A DNA stretch of 64,000 nucleotides from Gemmatimonadales bacterium. GTDB taxonomy: Bacteria > Gemmatimonadota > Gemmatimonadetes > Gemmatimonadales > GWC2-71-9. Under the pieces are notes generated by a model that was not told where the DNA came from, ran no database searches, and saw only the letters and a list, made by a program, of their open reading frames with translations. The number at the start of each line of letters is the position of its first letter. Within the stretch, counting starts at the first letter, position 1. The DNA lies in the NCBI GenBank assembly GCA_036279355.1, contig DASUJH010000024.1:67375-131374 (forward strand), read 5' to 3'. Shown here piece by piece: positions 44,904 through 53,865 of this stretch. Position numbers and translations under genes: made by a program.

Positions 44904-45674
44904 TCAGGACTTGGCGGCGGACGGCGGACGACCCATCGGCACTCCCATGCGGGTGAGATAGCGCACGACTTCGATGCCCATCGCGCGGACCAGCGATGCC
45001 TCGCGGCCGTCGAGCCCGGCGCGGAAGATGATTTCGCGCCACGAACGCAATACGTGCTCGGCCCGGCGCGTCTTGAAGAAGTCGATCGCGGCAAGCGCGC
45101 GGACCCAGTCGGCGAAGAGCGTCTCCAGCTCGTCGGACGTAGCCGGCGGCGCGTCCTTGCGCGGCGGCTTGAACGCCGCTTCATCACCGCCCCGGGCGAC
45201 CCATGTCTCGTACGCCATGATCGCCACCGCCTGCGCCAGGTTGAGCGACGGGTGCGCCGGGTCCGTCGCGATGGTCACCAGCGCCTGGCAGTGGTCGAGC
45301 TCTTCGTTGGTGAGCCCCTTATCCTCCCGCCCGGCCACGATCGCGACGGGGCCGTCCGCCGCGTGCGCCACGACCTGGGCCGCTGCCCCGCGGGGGCGGA
45401 GCGTGGTGCGCTTCGCGGTGCGCTCGCGTCCGGTGAGCACCGCGGCGTAAATCGTGTCGTGCAGCGCCGCGGGGAGCGAGTCGTAGACGGACATCCGCGC
45501 GACCAGATCCGCCGTGTTGTGCGCGATGCCCTCGATTCGCCACGGGTCCAGCTCGACCTCGGGGTTCACCACGCGCAGAGCCGCGATCCCGAAGTTCTTG
45601 GCGATCCGCGCCGCGCTCGCGACGTTTACGATGTCCTGGGGCGCCACCAGCACCAGGATCGGCGCGCGGCCCAT
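44904..45674 (-). CDS. trmJ: SpoU/TrmH-class RNA 2'-O-methyltransferase (TrmJ-like)
   Basis: ORF 44904..45674. VNVASAARIAKNFG..VAGREDKGLTNEEL..SLNLAQAVAIMAYE motifs plus a C-terminal extension. Confidence 0.8.
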   Translation of the reverse strand: MGRAPILVLVAPQDIVNVASAARIAKNFGIAALRVVNPEVELDPWRIEGIAHNTADLVARMSVYDSLPAALHDTIYAAVLTGRERTAKRTTLRPRGAAAQVVAHAADGPVAIVAGREDKGLTNEELDHCQALVTIATDPAHPSLNLAQAVAIMAYETWVARGGDEAAFKPPRKDAPPATSDELETLFADWVRALAAIDFFKTRRAEHVLRSWREIIFRAGLDGREASLVRAMGIEVVRYLTRMGVPMGRPPSAAKS

Positions 45675-45683
45675 CGCGGGCCG

Positions 45684-47123
45684 CTAGGCCTCGGCGAGGA
45701 AGGACACGTCGTGCCGCTTGGCCTTGAGTGCCGCAGCGAACCCCACCTTCTCGGCCGCCTTCATGTACGCCTCCTTGGGCTCGACCTGGCCGGCGTCGAC
45801 CAGCTCGAGGAGGGCGTCGTTGAGCGGCACCATGCCCAGCCTGCGGTTGGTCTGCATGATGGACGCGATCTGGAAGGTCTTGCCTTCCCGGATCAGGTTC
45901 GAGATCGCCGGGATCGTGAGCAGCACCTCGCGAGCGGCCGCACGGCCGCCCCCGACCTTGCGGCAGAGCACCTGGGTGATGACGCCGCGCAGCGACTCGG
46001 CCAGCATGACCCGGATCTGCGCCTGGCGATCGGCGGGAAACTGGTCGATGATGCGATCGATCGTCGACGCCGCGGAGGTGGTGTGCAATGTGCCGAAGAC
46101 GAGGTGCCCCGTCTCCGCCGTTTCGATGGCGATGGAGACGGTCTCGAGGTCGCGCATCTCGCCCACCATCACGACGTCCGGATCCTCGCGCAGTGCGGCG
46201 CGGAGCGCCTGCTTGAACGAGCGGGTGTGCTGGCCGACCTGACGCTGAGTCACGAGGCACCGCTTGCTCCCGTGCACGAACTCGATGGGGTCCTCGATCG
46301 TGATGATGTGGTCGCCGCGGGTGCGATTCACCAGGTCGATCAGAGCGGCGAGCGTGGTGGACTTGCCGGAGCCGGTCGGTCCGGTGACGAGCACGAGCCC
46401 CTTGCTCAGATAGCAGAGGTTCTGCACTTCCCGACTCAGACCGAGCTCGTCGGCCGTCGGCACCTGGCTCCCAATGGTGCGGAACACGCCGAGCGGGCCG
46501 TGGCGATCCCGCCCCGCGTTGCAGCGGAACCGGCCGACCCCGTCGATCTCGTACGCCCAGTCGGTGTCGCCCGTCTCGCGAAATTCCGCCAGCTCTCGCG
46601 GGCCCATGATGCTCGCGAGCATGACCTCGAGGCGCTCGGCGGCCAGAGGCTCGGTGCCGTGCCGCTCCAGCTCGCCGCCGCGCCGGAGCATCGGCGGCTC
46701 ACCACTCCGGAGGTGGAGGTCCGATGCACCCGCCGCGGCCAGCTCCCGAAGCAAGCGTTCGATGGCATCGCGCGCCTCGCGCTGGTCCGCCGGCGGCGCG
46801 GCGGCCGGCGCGGCGGCGCCATTGCCGACCGGCCGGAGCCGCGCGCCCGCGCCAGGGCCGCCCACCGGCAGCTCGACCTGGACGGCGCCGGCCGGGGCCC
46901 GATATTCGAATCGAACCGGCGCGCTCGCCGCTGCGCCGCTCACCGCGCCCGCGGGGGCGATCTCCCGCACCAGCGCCGCGATCTGCGTATCGCTCAGCGA
47001 CTCCTTCGTGAGCGGGCGTGCCGCGCCATCCCGCACCAGCGCCGCGGGTTTTCCGGCCGCGAGCTCGAGCGCGTCGGCGCGCTGCTCGTGGAGCGCCTGG
47101 ATCAATCGGTCGAGTCGAGCCAC
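45684..47123 (-). CDS. PilT/PilU-family secretion ATPase with an extra N-terminal domain
   Basis: ORF 45684..47123. Walker A GPTGSGKSTT, Walker B DPDVVMVGEMRD and AISNLIREGK. About 115 aa precede the canonical N-domain. Confidence 0.85.
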   Translation of the reverse strand: MARLDRLIQALHEQRADALELAAGKPAALVRDGAARPLTKESLSDTQIAALVREIAPAGAVSGAAASAPVRFEYRAPAGAVQVELPVGGPGAGARLRPVGNGAAAPAAAPPADQREARDAIERLLRELAAAGASDLHLRSGEPPMLRRGGELERHGTEPLAAERLEVMLASIMGPRELAEFRETGDTDWAYEIDGVGRFRCNAGRDRHGPLGVFRTIGSQVPTADELGLSREVQNLCYLSKGLVLVTGPTGSGKSTTLAALIDLVNRTRGDHIITIEDPIEFVHGSKRCLVTQRQVGQHTRSFKQALRAALREDPDVVMVGEMRDLETVSIAIETAETGHLVFGTLHTTSAASTIDRIIDQFPADRQAQIRVMLAESLRGVITQVLCRKVGGGRAAAREVLLTIPAISNLIREGKTFQIASIMQTNRRLGMVPLNDALLELVDAGQVEPKEAYMKAAEKVGFAAALKAKRHDVSFLAEA

Positions 47124-47132
47124 GGCTCCTCG

Positions 47133-47666
47133 TCAGTCATGGGGGCGGACCGTCCGCACCAGGGCCTTGTTGATGTAGTGGGTCACGTCGTCGGTCCAGA
47201 GCGCGAAGAATGGGTCGGGACCGTTGACGTAGTCGAGCGCGCGGGCGCGCGATGGCGGCAGCTCGAGCGCCGCGCGCCCGCGCAGTTCGGTGCCGCCCAC
47301 CACGACGACCTCGAGCGCCACGAGCTTGGCAGCCGAGAAGCGTTCGGGGTCGGTTGGTGGTGCGTGATGGTGACAGGAAAGCACGGCGGCCTGCGACTTG
47401 GGCACGAACAATACGCCGCCGTCAGCCTGGGTCAGAGCGAAAAAGGCCTCAGGCCGGTTGAGCATTTCGAGCGGCGTTTCGGGGCCCGGCGGATACGCGT
47501 CGCGCGACAGCAGGTGCAGACTGCCTTCGACCCTGACTCCCTCAGCCAGCATGACCTCGGCCGATTCCTGGCGGATGGATCCCCAGGCATCGGTCATGAT
47601 GTGAATTGGGGCACTGGGCTCAGCATAGGTAAAGGGAAACTCGCCAGCGCCCCCCGATCCCGGCAA
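47133..47666 (-). CDS. Hypothetical protein with an internal two-fold repeat
   Basis: ORF 47133..47666 (TTG start; ATG 47597 is an alternative). There is a 9-nt gap to the PilT-like gene. The repeated motif is NxPxxFFAL. Confidence 0.55.
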   Translation of the reverse strand: MPGSGGAGEFPFTYAEPSAPIHIMTDAWGSIRQESAEVMLAEGVRVEGSLHLLSRDAYPPGPETPLEMLNRPEAFFALTQADGGVLFVPKSQAAVLSCHHHAPPTDPERFSAAKLVALEVVVVGGTELRGRAALELPPSRARALDYVNGPDPFFALWTDDVTHYINKALVRTVRPHD

Positions 47667-47678
47667 GGCCTCGCGGCC

Positions 47679-48566
47679 TCACCCGCGGATCTCGGTGCCG
47701 GCGTCGCGCTCGACGAGCTTGATCGCCTCGAGATAGTCGGCGCCCTCTCCCAGCTCAGCCCGCGCCTCGGCAAAGAGCCGGCCTGCGAGGCGGATGAGCG
47801 GCCCGCGCACGCCGGTCTCGTCGAGCAGCCCAAGCGCGATGCGCACGTCCTTCTCGAGCAGTGCGAGTCGGAAGGTCTGCGGCCAGGCGCCGGTGAGCAC
47901 GCGGTCGGGCACGAGCGATTCGCTCACGAACGAGCGGCCGCTTGATGCATTGAGCACCGCGAGCGCGTGGCGGGCGGGCACGCCCGCCTTGACCAGCGCG
48001 ACAAAGCCTTCGGCGAACGCCTCGATGTGCACCGCGAGGAGGGCGTTATTCACCGCCTTCACCGCATCTCCCGCGCCCACCGGGCCCATGTGCTCGATGC
48101 GCTGGCCGAACGCGGCGAGCACCGGCATGGCGCGCGCAAACGTCGCCTCATCCGCGCCGACCATGACGGTGAGGGTGCCGGCCTCGGCGCCATTGGTGCC
48201 GCCGCTCACCGGGCAGTCGGCGTAGGCAACGCCGCGTGCGTGGAGACGTGCGGCAATCCGGCGCGCGCCAGCGGGATCGCCCGAGGTGCAATCGAGGAAG
48301 AGCGTGCCGCGCGCGAGACCGGCCTCGAGCCCCTCCGGCCCGTCGAGCAGCGATTCGACCTCGGCCGAGGTCGGCAGGCAGGCGAGCACCGTGCCGGCAC
48401 CAGCGGCGGCCGCGCGGGGGGTGGCAGCCGCGCGGCATCCGTGCGCACGAGCGAAAGCCTCCGCGCGCGCCGCGGTGCGATTCCACACGACGAGGTCGCC
48501 GCGGCGTGCCAGGTGCGCCGCCATCGGCGCGCCGATGGCGCCGAGGCCGAGAAAAGCGACGCTCAT
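47679..48566 (-). CDS. NAD(P)-dependent 3-hydroxyisobutyrate dehydrogenase-family oxidoreductase
   Basis: ORF 47679..49148 trimmed to ATG 48566 (MSVAFLGLGAIGAPMAAHL Rossmann start). Confidence 0.85.
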   Translation of the reverse strand: MSVAFLGLGAIGAPMAAHLARRGDLVVWNRTAARAEAFARAHGCRAAATPRAAAAGAGTVLACLPTSAEVESLLDGPEGLEAGLARGTLFLDCTSGDPAGARRIAARLHARGVAYADCPVSGGTNGAEAGTLTVMVGADEATFARAMPVLAAFGQRIEHMGPVGAGDAVKAVNNALLAVHIEAFAEGFVALVKAGVPARHALAVLNASSGRSFVSESLVPDRVLTGAWPQTFRLALLEKDVRIALGLLDETGVRGPLIRLAGRLFAEARAELGEGADYLEAIKLVERDAGTEIRG

Positions 48567-48755
48567 GCGGCGCCGCGAGTGATGCGAGGCTGGAGCATCG
48601 CGGGAAGATAGAAATGGCCTGTGGGGTCGTCCATGGCCGGATCGCGCATCGGATTGACGGCGCTCGCGGCCCGGCGTACGCTCCGGCGCGGCCGTGTGGC
48701 GCAGCCGCGCCGCGGCGCCGCACGATGTTCTCGCCCCATTTCGTCGGAGGTGCCG

Positions 48756-49538
48756 ATGACTCGCCGGTTCTCGTGGTCGCGGGTGGTGCTCGCGGCACTG
48801 GGCGCGTGCCTCGTCCTCTTCATCGTGGGCCCGCTGCTCCGACTCCTCCTCGTGGCCTCGCCCGCGAGCTTGAGCACCGCGCTCGCCGATCCCGATCTGC
48901 GCGCTTCCATCGCCCTCACGGTGGTCACGGCCACCGCAGCCACCGCCGTCGCGACATTCCTGGGGGTGCCGCTCGCGTATCTGCTCGCGCGCCGCGACTT
49001 TCCGGGACGCCGCGCCGTGCAGGGCCTCATCGAGCTGCCCGTGGTCGTGCCCCACCCCGTCGCGGGGATCGCGCTCCTGCTGTTTCTCGGGCGGCGCTCG
49101 GCCCTGGGCGGCGCATTCGCGCAGATCGGGATCGAGTTCGTGAGCCACGTGCCCGGCATCGTGGCCGCCATGCTCTTCGTCTCCGCGCCGCTGCTCGTGA
49201 GCGGCGCGCAGGAGGCGTTTCGCTCGGTGGACCCCAAGCTCGAGCGGGTGGCCCGGTCGCTCGGCGACACGCCGGCGCGCGCCTTTCGCCGCGTGACACT
49301 GCCGCTCGCCGCGCGCGGCATTCTGGCCGGCGCCATTCTCGCCTGGGCCCGGAGTGCGAGCGAGTTCGGCGCCATCGTGATCCTCACTTACAATCCGAAG
49401 GTGGCGAGCACGTTCATCTTCGACACCTTCACCGCCCTCGGGCTCGAGGCGGCGGCGCCGGCCGCGGTCGTGCTGCTGCTCATCGCGCTGGGCATTTTCT
49501 TGCTCATTCGCCTGGTGCAGCCGATGGAGCGCGCGTGA
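48756..49538 (+). CDS. ABC transporter permease (molybdate/tungstate/sulfate type)
   Basis: ORF 48621..49538 trimmed to ATG 48756, which lies 5 nt after GGAGG. EAA-like loop ERVARSLGDTPARAFRRVTLPLA. Confidence 0.85.
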   Translation: MTRRFSWSRVVLAALGACLVLFIVGPLLRLLLVASPASLSTALADPDLRASIALTVVTATAATAVATFLGVPLAYLLARRDFPGRRAVQGLIELPVVVPHPVAGIALLLFLGRRSALGGAFAQIGIEFVSHVPGIVAAMLFVSAPLLVSGAQEAFRSVDPKLERVARSLGDTPARAFRRVTLPLAARGILAGAILAWARSASEFGAIVILTYNPKVASTFIFDTFTALGLEAAAPAAVVLLLIALGIFLLIRLVQPMERA

Positions 49539-50581
49539 TCCAGCTCGACGGACTCACGGTGCGGGCCGGCGACTTCCTGCTTGGCGAAGTGTCGTTCGCC
49601 GTACCGCGCGGCGGGTACGGGCTCATCATCGGGCCCACGGGCTCGGGCAAGACCACGCTGCTCGAGGCGGTGGCGGGCCACGTGCCGCTCAAGTCGGGCC
49701 GCGTCCTCCTCAACGGCATGGACGTGACGGGCCTGCCGCCCGAGCGTCGCGAGCTGGGATTCGTATACCAGCAGTATCACCTGTTTCCCCATCTCACGGT
49801 ACGGGAGAACATCTGTTACGGGCTCCGGGGCCCGACGCGCGGGGATCGCGCCGGCGAGCTGGCGGAGTTGCTGGGCGTGACACCGTTGCTTAACCGGACG
49901 GTGCGCGGCCTGAGCGGCGGCGAGCAACAGCGGGTGGCCCTCGGTCGAGCGCTCGCTCCGCGACCGCGCATCCTCCTGCTGGACGAGCCGTTCGCCGCGG
50001 TGGACCCGGCGACCCGCCATCTGCTCCGCCGCGAGCTGCGCGCGCTGCACGAACGCGAGGGGATCACCACCCTGCAGGTGACCCACGACTTCGACGAAGC
50101 CATGCGCCTGGGCGACATCGTGGCCGTGCTCTCGGAGGGGCGGATCGCGCAGCACGGACCGCCCGAGGAAGTCTTCCGCTATCCCAATTCGGCCTTCGTG
50201 GCGCGATTTGTCGGCACCGGCAACGTGCTGGCGGGCACCGTGGAACGCTGCGATGCCTCGGGCGGCAGTCCGTTCGCGGCGCGGTTCACGAGTGGCGCGC
50301 TCACGCTCGAGGTTGTGGCCGAGCGCGAGGGACTGGCCCATGCGGTCATCCGGCCGGAGGACATCACGCTGAGCCGGGACGAGGCACCGAGCTCGGCGCG
50401 CAACCGCATGGCGGCGACCATAGCCCACCTCGAGTTGCTGGGGCCGATCATCCACGTGCACCTCGACGTCGGCCGCCCGCTCATCGCGGCAGTCACCGCG
50501 GCGTCGGCCGGCGCGATGGGGCTGCATCGCGGCGCGCGCGTGATGGTGGCGGTCAAGGCGACGGCCGTTCGTCTGGTCTAG
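49535..50581 (+). CDS. ABC transporter ATP-binding protein with a C-terminal TOBE/Mop-like domain
   Basis: In frame within ORF 48236..50581. GTG 49535 overlaps the permease stop (GTGA). GPTGSGKTT, LSGGEQQRVALGRAL and LLLDEP motifs. Confidence 0.9.
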   Translation: MIQLDGLTVRAGDFLLGEVSFAVPRGGYGLIIGPTGSGKTTLLEAVAGHVPLKSGRVLLNGMDVTGLPPERRELGFVYQQYHLFPHLTVRENICYGLRGPTRGDRAGELAELLGVTPLLNRTVRGLSGGEQQRVALGRALAPRPRILLLDEPFAAVDPATRHLLRRELRALHEREGITTLQVTHDFDEAMRLGDIVAVLSEGRIAQHGPPEEVFRYPNSAFVARFVGTGNVLAGTVERCDASGGSPFAARFTSGALTLEVVAEREGLAHAVIRPEDITLSRDEAPSSARNRMAATIAHLELLGPIIHVHLDVGRPLIAAVTAASAGAMGLHRGARVMVAVKATAVRLV

Positions 50582-50593
50582 GGTCTCGACGGA

Positions 50594-51787
50594 ATGCCCC
50601 CCCGCATCATCCATCTCGACCTCGACGCATTCTTCGTGGAAGTGTGCCGACAGCGCGACCCGGCACTCCGCGACGTCGAGCTGCTCATCGTGGGCGGCAG
50701 CCGGCATACGCGAGGCGTCGTGCAGTCGGCGTCATATGGGGCCCGGCGGTTCGGCGTGCACGCCGGGATGCCGATCGCCGAGGCGCGGCGGAGGTGCCCG
50801 GGCGCCACGTTCGCACACGGCGGGTTCGCCCACTACCGCGAGGCCTCGCGCGCCGTTCGGCGGGTGCTGGATGGCTTCTCGCCCACCGTGGTGATGGCAT
50901 CGCTCGACGAAGCGTACCTCGACTTTGCGGGCACCGAGCAGCTGCACCCCGTCTCGCTGCTCCCGCTGGGCGAAGCGCTCCGCGACGCCGTGAGGCGCGA
51001 GACCGGGCTCGAGTGCAGCATGGGAATCGCACCCAACCGGATGGTCGCCAAGCTGGCGTCAGATTGCGCCAAGCCCCGCGGCTTGATGGAGGTGCGCGCC
51101 GGATGGGAGGAGGGGTTTCTCGCGGGGCTACCGCTCCGGGCGCTGCCGGGTGTCGGACCCCGAACGGCGGAGCGGTGGGCGGCGCTCGGTCTCACCAACG
51201 TGGCCCAGGTGCAGCAGATGGACCGCGCCGGGCTCGAGCGGATCGTGGGCCCGGACGCAAAGCTGCTCAAGCTTCGGGCGCACGGCTACGGCGGCAGCGC
51301 GCTCCGGGCGGACCGCCTGCCACGCTCGGTGAGCCGCGAAACGACGCTGGCGCGCGATGCGCGTGATCCGGCGGAGCTCGCGTCGATTCTCGCGTTGCTC
51401 ACCGCGCGCGTGGCGGGACAACTTCGTGAGGAGCATCTCGTCGCGCGCACCGTGGCGCTCAAGCTCCGGCACGATGACTTCCGCACGGTCACGCGCCGAG
51501 TCACGCTGGACCATGCTACCGATCTTGACGCCGAACTGTACGGTGGGGCGGCCGCACTGCTTCGGGGCGCCTTTGCCGAGGTCCGGCGCCGCAATCGGGG
51601 CGTACGGCTCATCGGCATCGCGGCGACCGGCCTTGCGACGGCAGCGGACCGCGACCTGTTCGAGCCGCCGGAGCGCGCCAGGCTGCGCCAGTTGACGCGC
51701 GCGGTGGACGTCGTTCGCGAGCGGTTCGGGTTCGAAGCGATGATGCAGGCGCGGTTGCTTCGTTACAGGCGAGGTTCGGCGCCGTAG
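50594..51787 (+). CDS. dinB: DNA polymerase IV
   Basis: ORF 50594..51787. IIHLDLDAFFVEV..SLDEAYLD Y-family motifs. Confidence 0.95.
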   Translation: MPPRIIHLDLDAFFVEVCRQRDPALRDVELLIVGGSRHTRGVVQSASYGARRFGVHAGMPIAEARRRCPGATFAHGGFAHYREASRAVRRVLDGFSPTVVMASLDEAYLDFAGTEQLHPVSLLPLGEALRDAVRRETGLECSMGIAPNRMVAKLASDCAKPRGLMEVRAGWEEGFLAGLPLRALPGVGPRTAERWAALGLTNVAQVQQMDRAGLERIVGPDAKLLKLRAHGYGGSALRADRLPRSVSRETTLARDARDPAELASILALLTARVAGQLREEHLVARTVALKLRHDDFRTVTRRVTLDHATDLDAELYGGAAALLRGAFAEVRRRNRGVRLIGIAATGLATAADRDLFEPPERARLRQLTRAVDVVRERFGFEAMMQARLLRYRRGSAP

Positions 51788-51822
51788 CGCCGCGCGGCCG
51801 GCACGACCGCCACCTCCAGAGA

Positions 51823-52539
51823 CTAGCGCGCCGGGAAGTTCTCGCTGTTGAACCGGAGTCCCACGACGCGATTGCGCGCCTCGGCCACAGGACCGACATC
51901 GCGAAACTCCGCGGTGTGCCCAGCCGAATCGGCCGCGCGGACGGTGCTGTTGCCGTAGAGCCGGTAGTAGCCGATGAAAACGCGCTGGGCACCGGGCCGC
52001 ACCGCGCAACCGCAGTCGAGCGCACCCGCGAGCCCCGCGTTCACCGTGATCCGGAGCAGGCCGTTCGTCGCGTTGGTGATGAGCGGCGCGAAGTAATCGG
52101 CCGTGTCGGTGCGCGCTTCGGCCGCGCGCGCCATCGTGCCGCGCGGATTGGGCACGGCCCACGAATCCTGCATCTCTTCGCCCATCGGGCGATCATCGGC
52201 GGAGAGCGGGCGAACCAGCGCCCACCCGGCGACGAGCGCCCGGCGCGGCACCCGCGCCCGCACCGTGTCGCCGGGAGGCACGAGACGCGACGAGTCCCCG
52301 ATGGTAAGCCTCACCGTGCCGGCGAGGTCGTTGGCGAACACGAACGTCGGCCGGCCAAGGACGCGGGAGGCGGCGTACGCACCGGCGAGCACGAGCATCG
52401 ACGCCACCGCCGCGGCCAGCACCTGTCCACTCGCGCGGTGGGGCGGCACTGGAGGCGTCGGCGATGGCGACGCCGCGCCGGGAGTTGGCTCGGGGGTGGT
52501 CATGGCCTGAATAGGCCGCCGCACCGGGCGCCGGGTCAA
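51823..52539 (-). CDS. Hypothetical membrane-anchored protein
   Basis: ORF 51823..52539. Pro-rich N-terminus, one TM (VLAAAVASMLVLAGAYAA) and an extracytoplasmic domain. No family recognised. Confidence 0.5.
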   Translation of the reverse strand: MTRRPVRRPIQAMTTPEPTPGAASPSPTPPVPPHRASGQVLAAAVASMLVLAGAYAASRVLGRPTFVFANDLAGTVRLTIGDSSRLVPPGDTVRARVPRRALVAGWALVRPLSADDRPMGEEMQDSWAVPNPRGTMARAAEARTDTADYFAPLITNATNGLLRITVNAGLAGALDCGCAVRPGAQRVFIGYYRLYGNSTVRAADSAGHTAEFRDVGPVAEARNRVVGLRFNSENFPAR

Positions 52540-52576
52540 CCCCCGACCGCCCGGCGAGGCGCCGCCCGCGGCGGGA

Positions 52577-53728
52577 TCAAAACATGTAGGAGGTGCCGAG
52601 CGCGAACGTCACCTGGTCCTTGGAGGGAGTCGCAGGGTCGCCGAAGACGGCGAGGCTCGAACGGTCGTAGCGCAGCTCGGGCCGGACGAGGACGTGCTGC
52701 CACCGTTTGATGTTGAGCGTCACCGTGCCGCTGCCGAACTTCTGGCCGGCGTTCGGCGGGAATCCGAACACGCCGGAGGTGCGGGTGCCGTCCTCATCGT
52801 TGATGTAGTCCCCCCGCACGGCGATACCGAGGACCGGCGTTACGTCGTAGGTCCCCCACGCGCCGAGACCCCACCATCTCGCCTTGCTCCCCGGTGACGG
52901 GAGGTCCTGCTCCTCCCCATAGTCGCCCTGCAAATAGACCGTCGCCTTTGGTCCCAGCTTCTGCGTCACCACGATCTCCCCGCCGGAACGCTTGCTGGTG
53001 CCGTTGGCCTGCTCGGCGCCGTAGTAGCCGAGCAGGCCGATGACGGTCCGGCCGGTGGGCGTGATGCCGATTCGGCCCATGAACGACTTTTGAGTGTTGT
53101 TGTCGCGCACGACGTCCCATCCGTTGAAGACGGCGAGCTCGAAATCGATGGCCGCTGACGGCTTCACGTCCACCCGAAGGCCGGTGTTCGTGAAATTCTC
53201 CAGGTACACGAACTGGTTGGCGACCGAGAGGTTCGGGTTTACCACGTCCTCGATCACCTCGATGCCCATGAGCGTGGCGAGCTTGCCCGCCTTGAATTGC
53301 ACATAGCGGCCCACTCCCGCGGGGATGTTGAGCGTGACGAAGGCCTGGGTGAGGTCGCCATTGTCACCCAGATCGAGGCCGAGCGACTGGGTGACCTTGG
53401 CGTCCTGCCCGAAGAGAAAGTCCGCGCGCACACCGGCATCGAAGCGGTCGGTCCGGACCGGCCGCTCGAGCACGACCTTGGCGGCGTTCAGCATGACCTG
53501 ATCGTGAAAGCGGTCGTAGAAGCGGCCGGCGACGGCGTCGCGGGTGTTCTGCGTCGAGTAGGTGTAGGAGGCGGTCACGAACCCGCTGATGGTGAGCGGC
53601 GGCCCGGAGGTATCGGCCGGCGCAGCGCTATCGGGCGCGGTGACCTGCCCGGTGGCATCCCGCGCCAGCAGCGATAACATGGCGGCGGCAACGGTCGCCG
53701 CGCGAGCACACCTCCGGAATCGCGTCAT
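52577..53728 (-). CDS. Outer-membrane beta-barrel porin-like protein
   Basis: ORF 52577..53773 trimmed to ATG 53728. Signal peptide ..AAAMLSLLARDATGQ, alternating beta-strand pattern, and C-terminal ..ALGTSYMF. Confidence 0.7.
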   Translation of the reverse strand: MTRFRRCARAATVAAAMLSLLARDATGQVTAPDSAAPADTSGPPLTISGFVTASYTYSTQNTRDAVAGRFYDRFHDQVMLNAAKVVLERPVRTDRFDAGVRADFLFGQDAKVTQSLGLDLGDNGDLTQAFVTLNIPAGVGRYVQFKAGKLATLMGIEVIEDVVNPNLSVANQFVYLENFTNTGLRVDVKPSAAIDFELAVFNGWDVVRDNNTQKSFMGRIGITPTGRTVIGLLGYYGAEQANGTSKRSGGEIVVTQKLGPKATVYLQGDYGEEQDLPSPGSKARWWGLGAWGTYDVTPVLGIAVRGDYINDEDGTRTSGVFGFPPNAGQKFGSGTVTLNIKRWQHVLVRPELRYDRSSLAVFGDPATPSKDQVTFALGTSYMF

Positions 53729-53836
53729 GAGCCCCCCTTCGAGTGAGTGGTCCCGGCCGATCAGGGCGGACACACGGACGGGGTCACCCGTCGCGGCGGC
53801 CGGGACGATGACGGGGGCAACCGCGGGTCCGGAGCA

Positions 53837-53865
53837 ATGATATGGCTACGTGATGAATGTGTCAA
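53837..53865 (-). promoter_or_regulatory. Near-consensus sigma70 promoter TTGACA-N17-TATCAT directed toward the porin gene
   Basis: Reverse complement of 53837-53865. Coordinates were checked against the codons of ORF 53747..53971. Confidence 0.45.

Noticed and set aside
43626-47945. A 1439-aa plus-strand ORF, the longest in the track
   Set aside because: It is exactly codon-aligned antisense to six real minus-strand genes that share one phase. Its product is an Arg/Gly/Asp/His-rich low-information sequence with no motifs. The sense-strand genes all carry clear family signatures.
48567-48755. A possible molybdenum-cofactor riboswitch ahead of the ABC permease
   Set aside because: I could not match the conserved Moco-motif elements by eye. 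A covariance-model scan is needed, so it is not reported as a feature.
48236-50581. A 781-aa plus-strand ORF suggesting a giant ABC protein
   Set aside because: Only the last 348 codons, from GTG 49535, look like an ABC ATPase. The upstream part runs antisense to the dehydrogenase gene, through the spacer, and out of frame through the permease gene, giving an Arg/Pro/Ala-rich translation.
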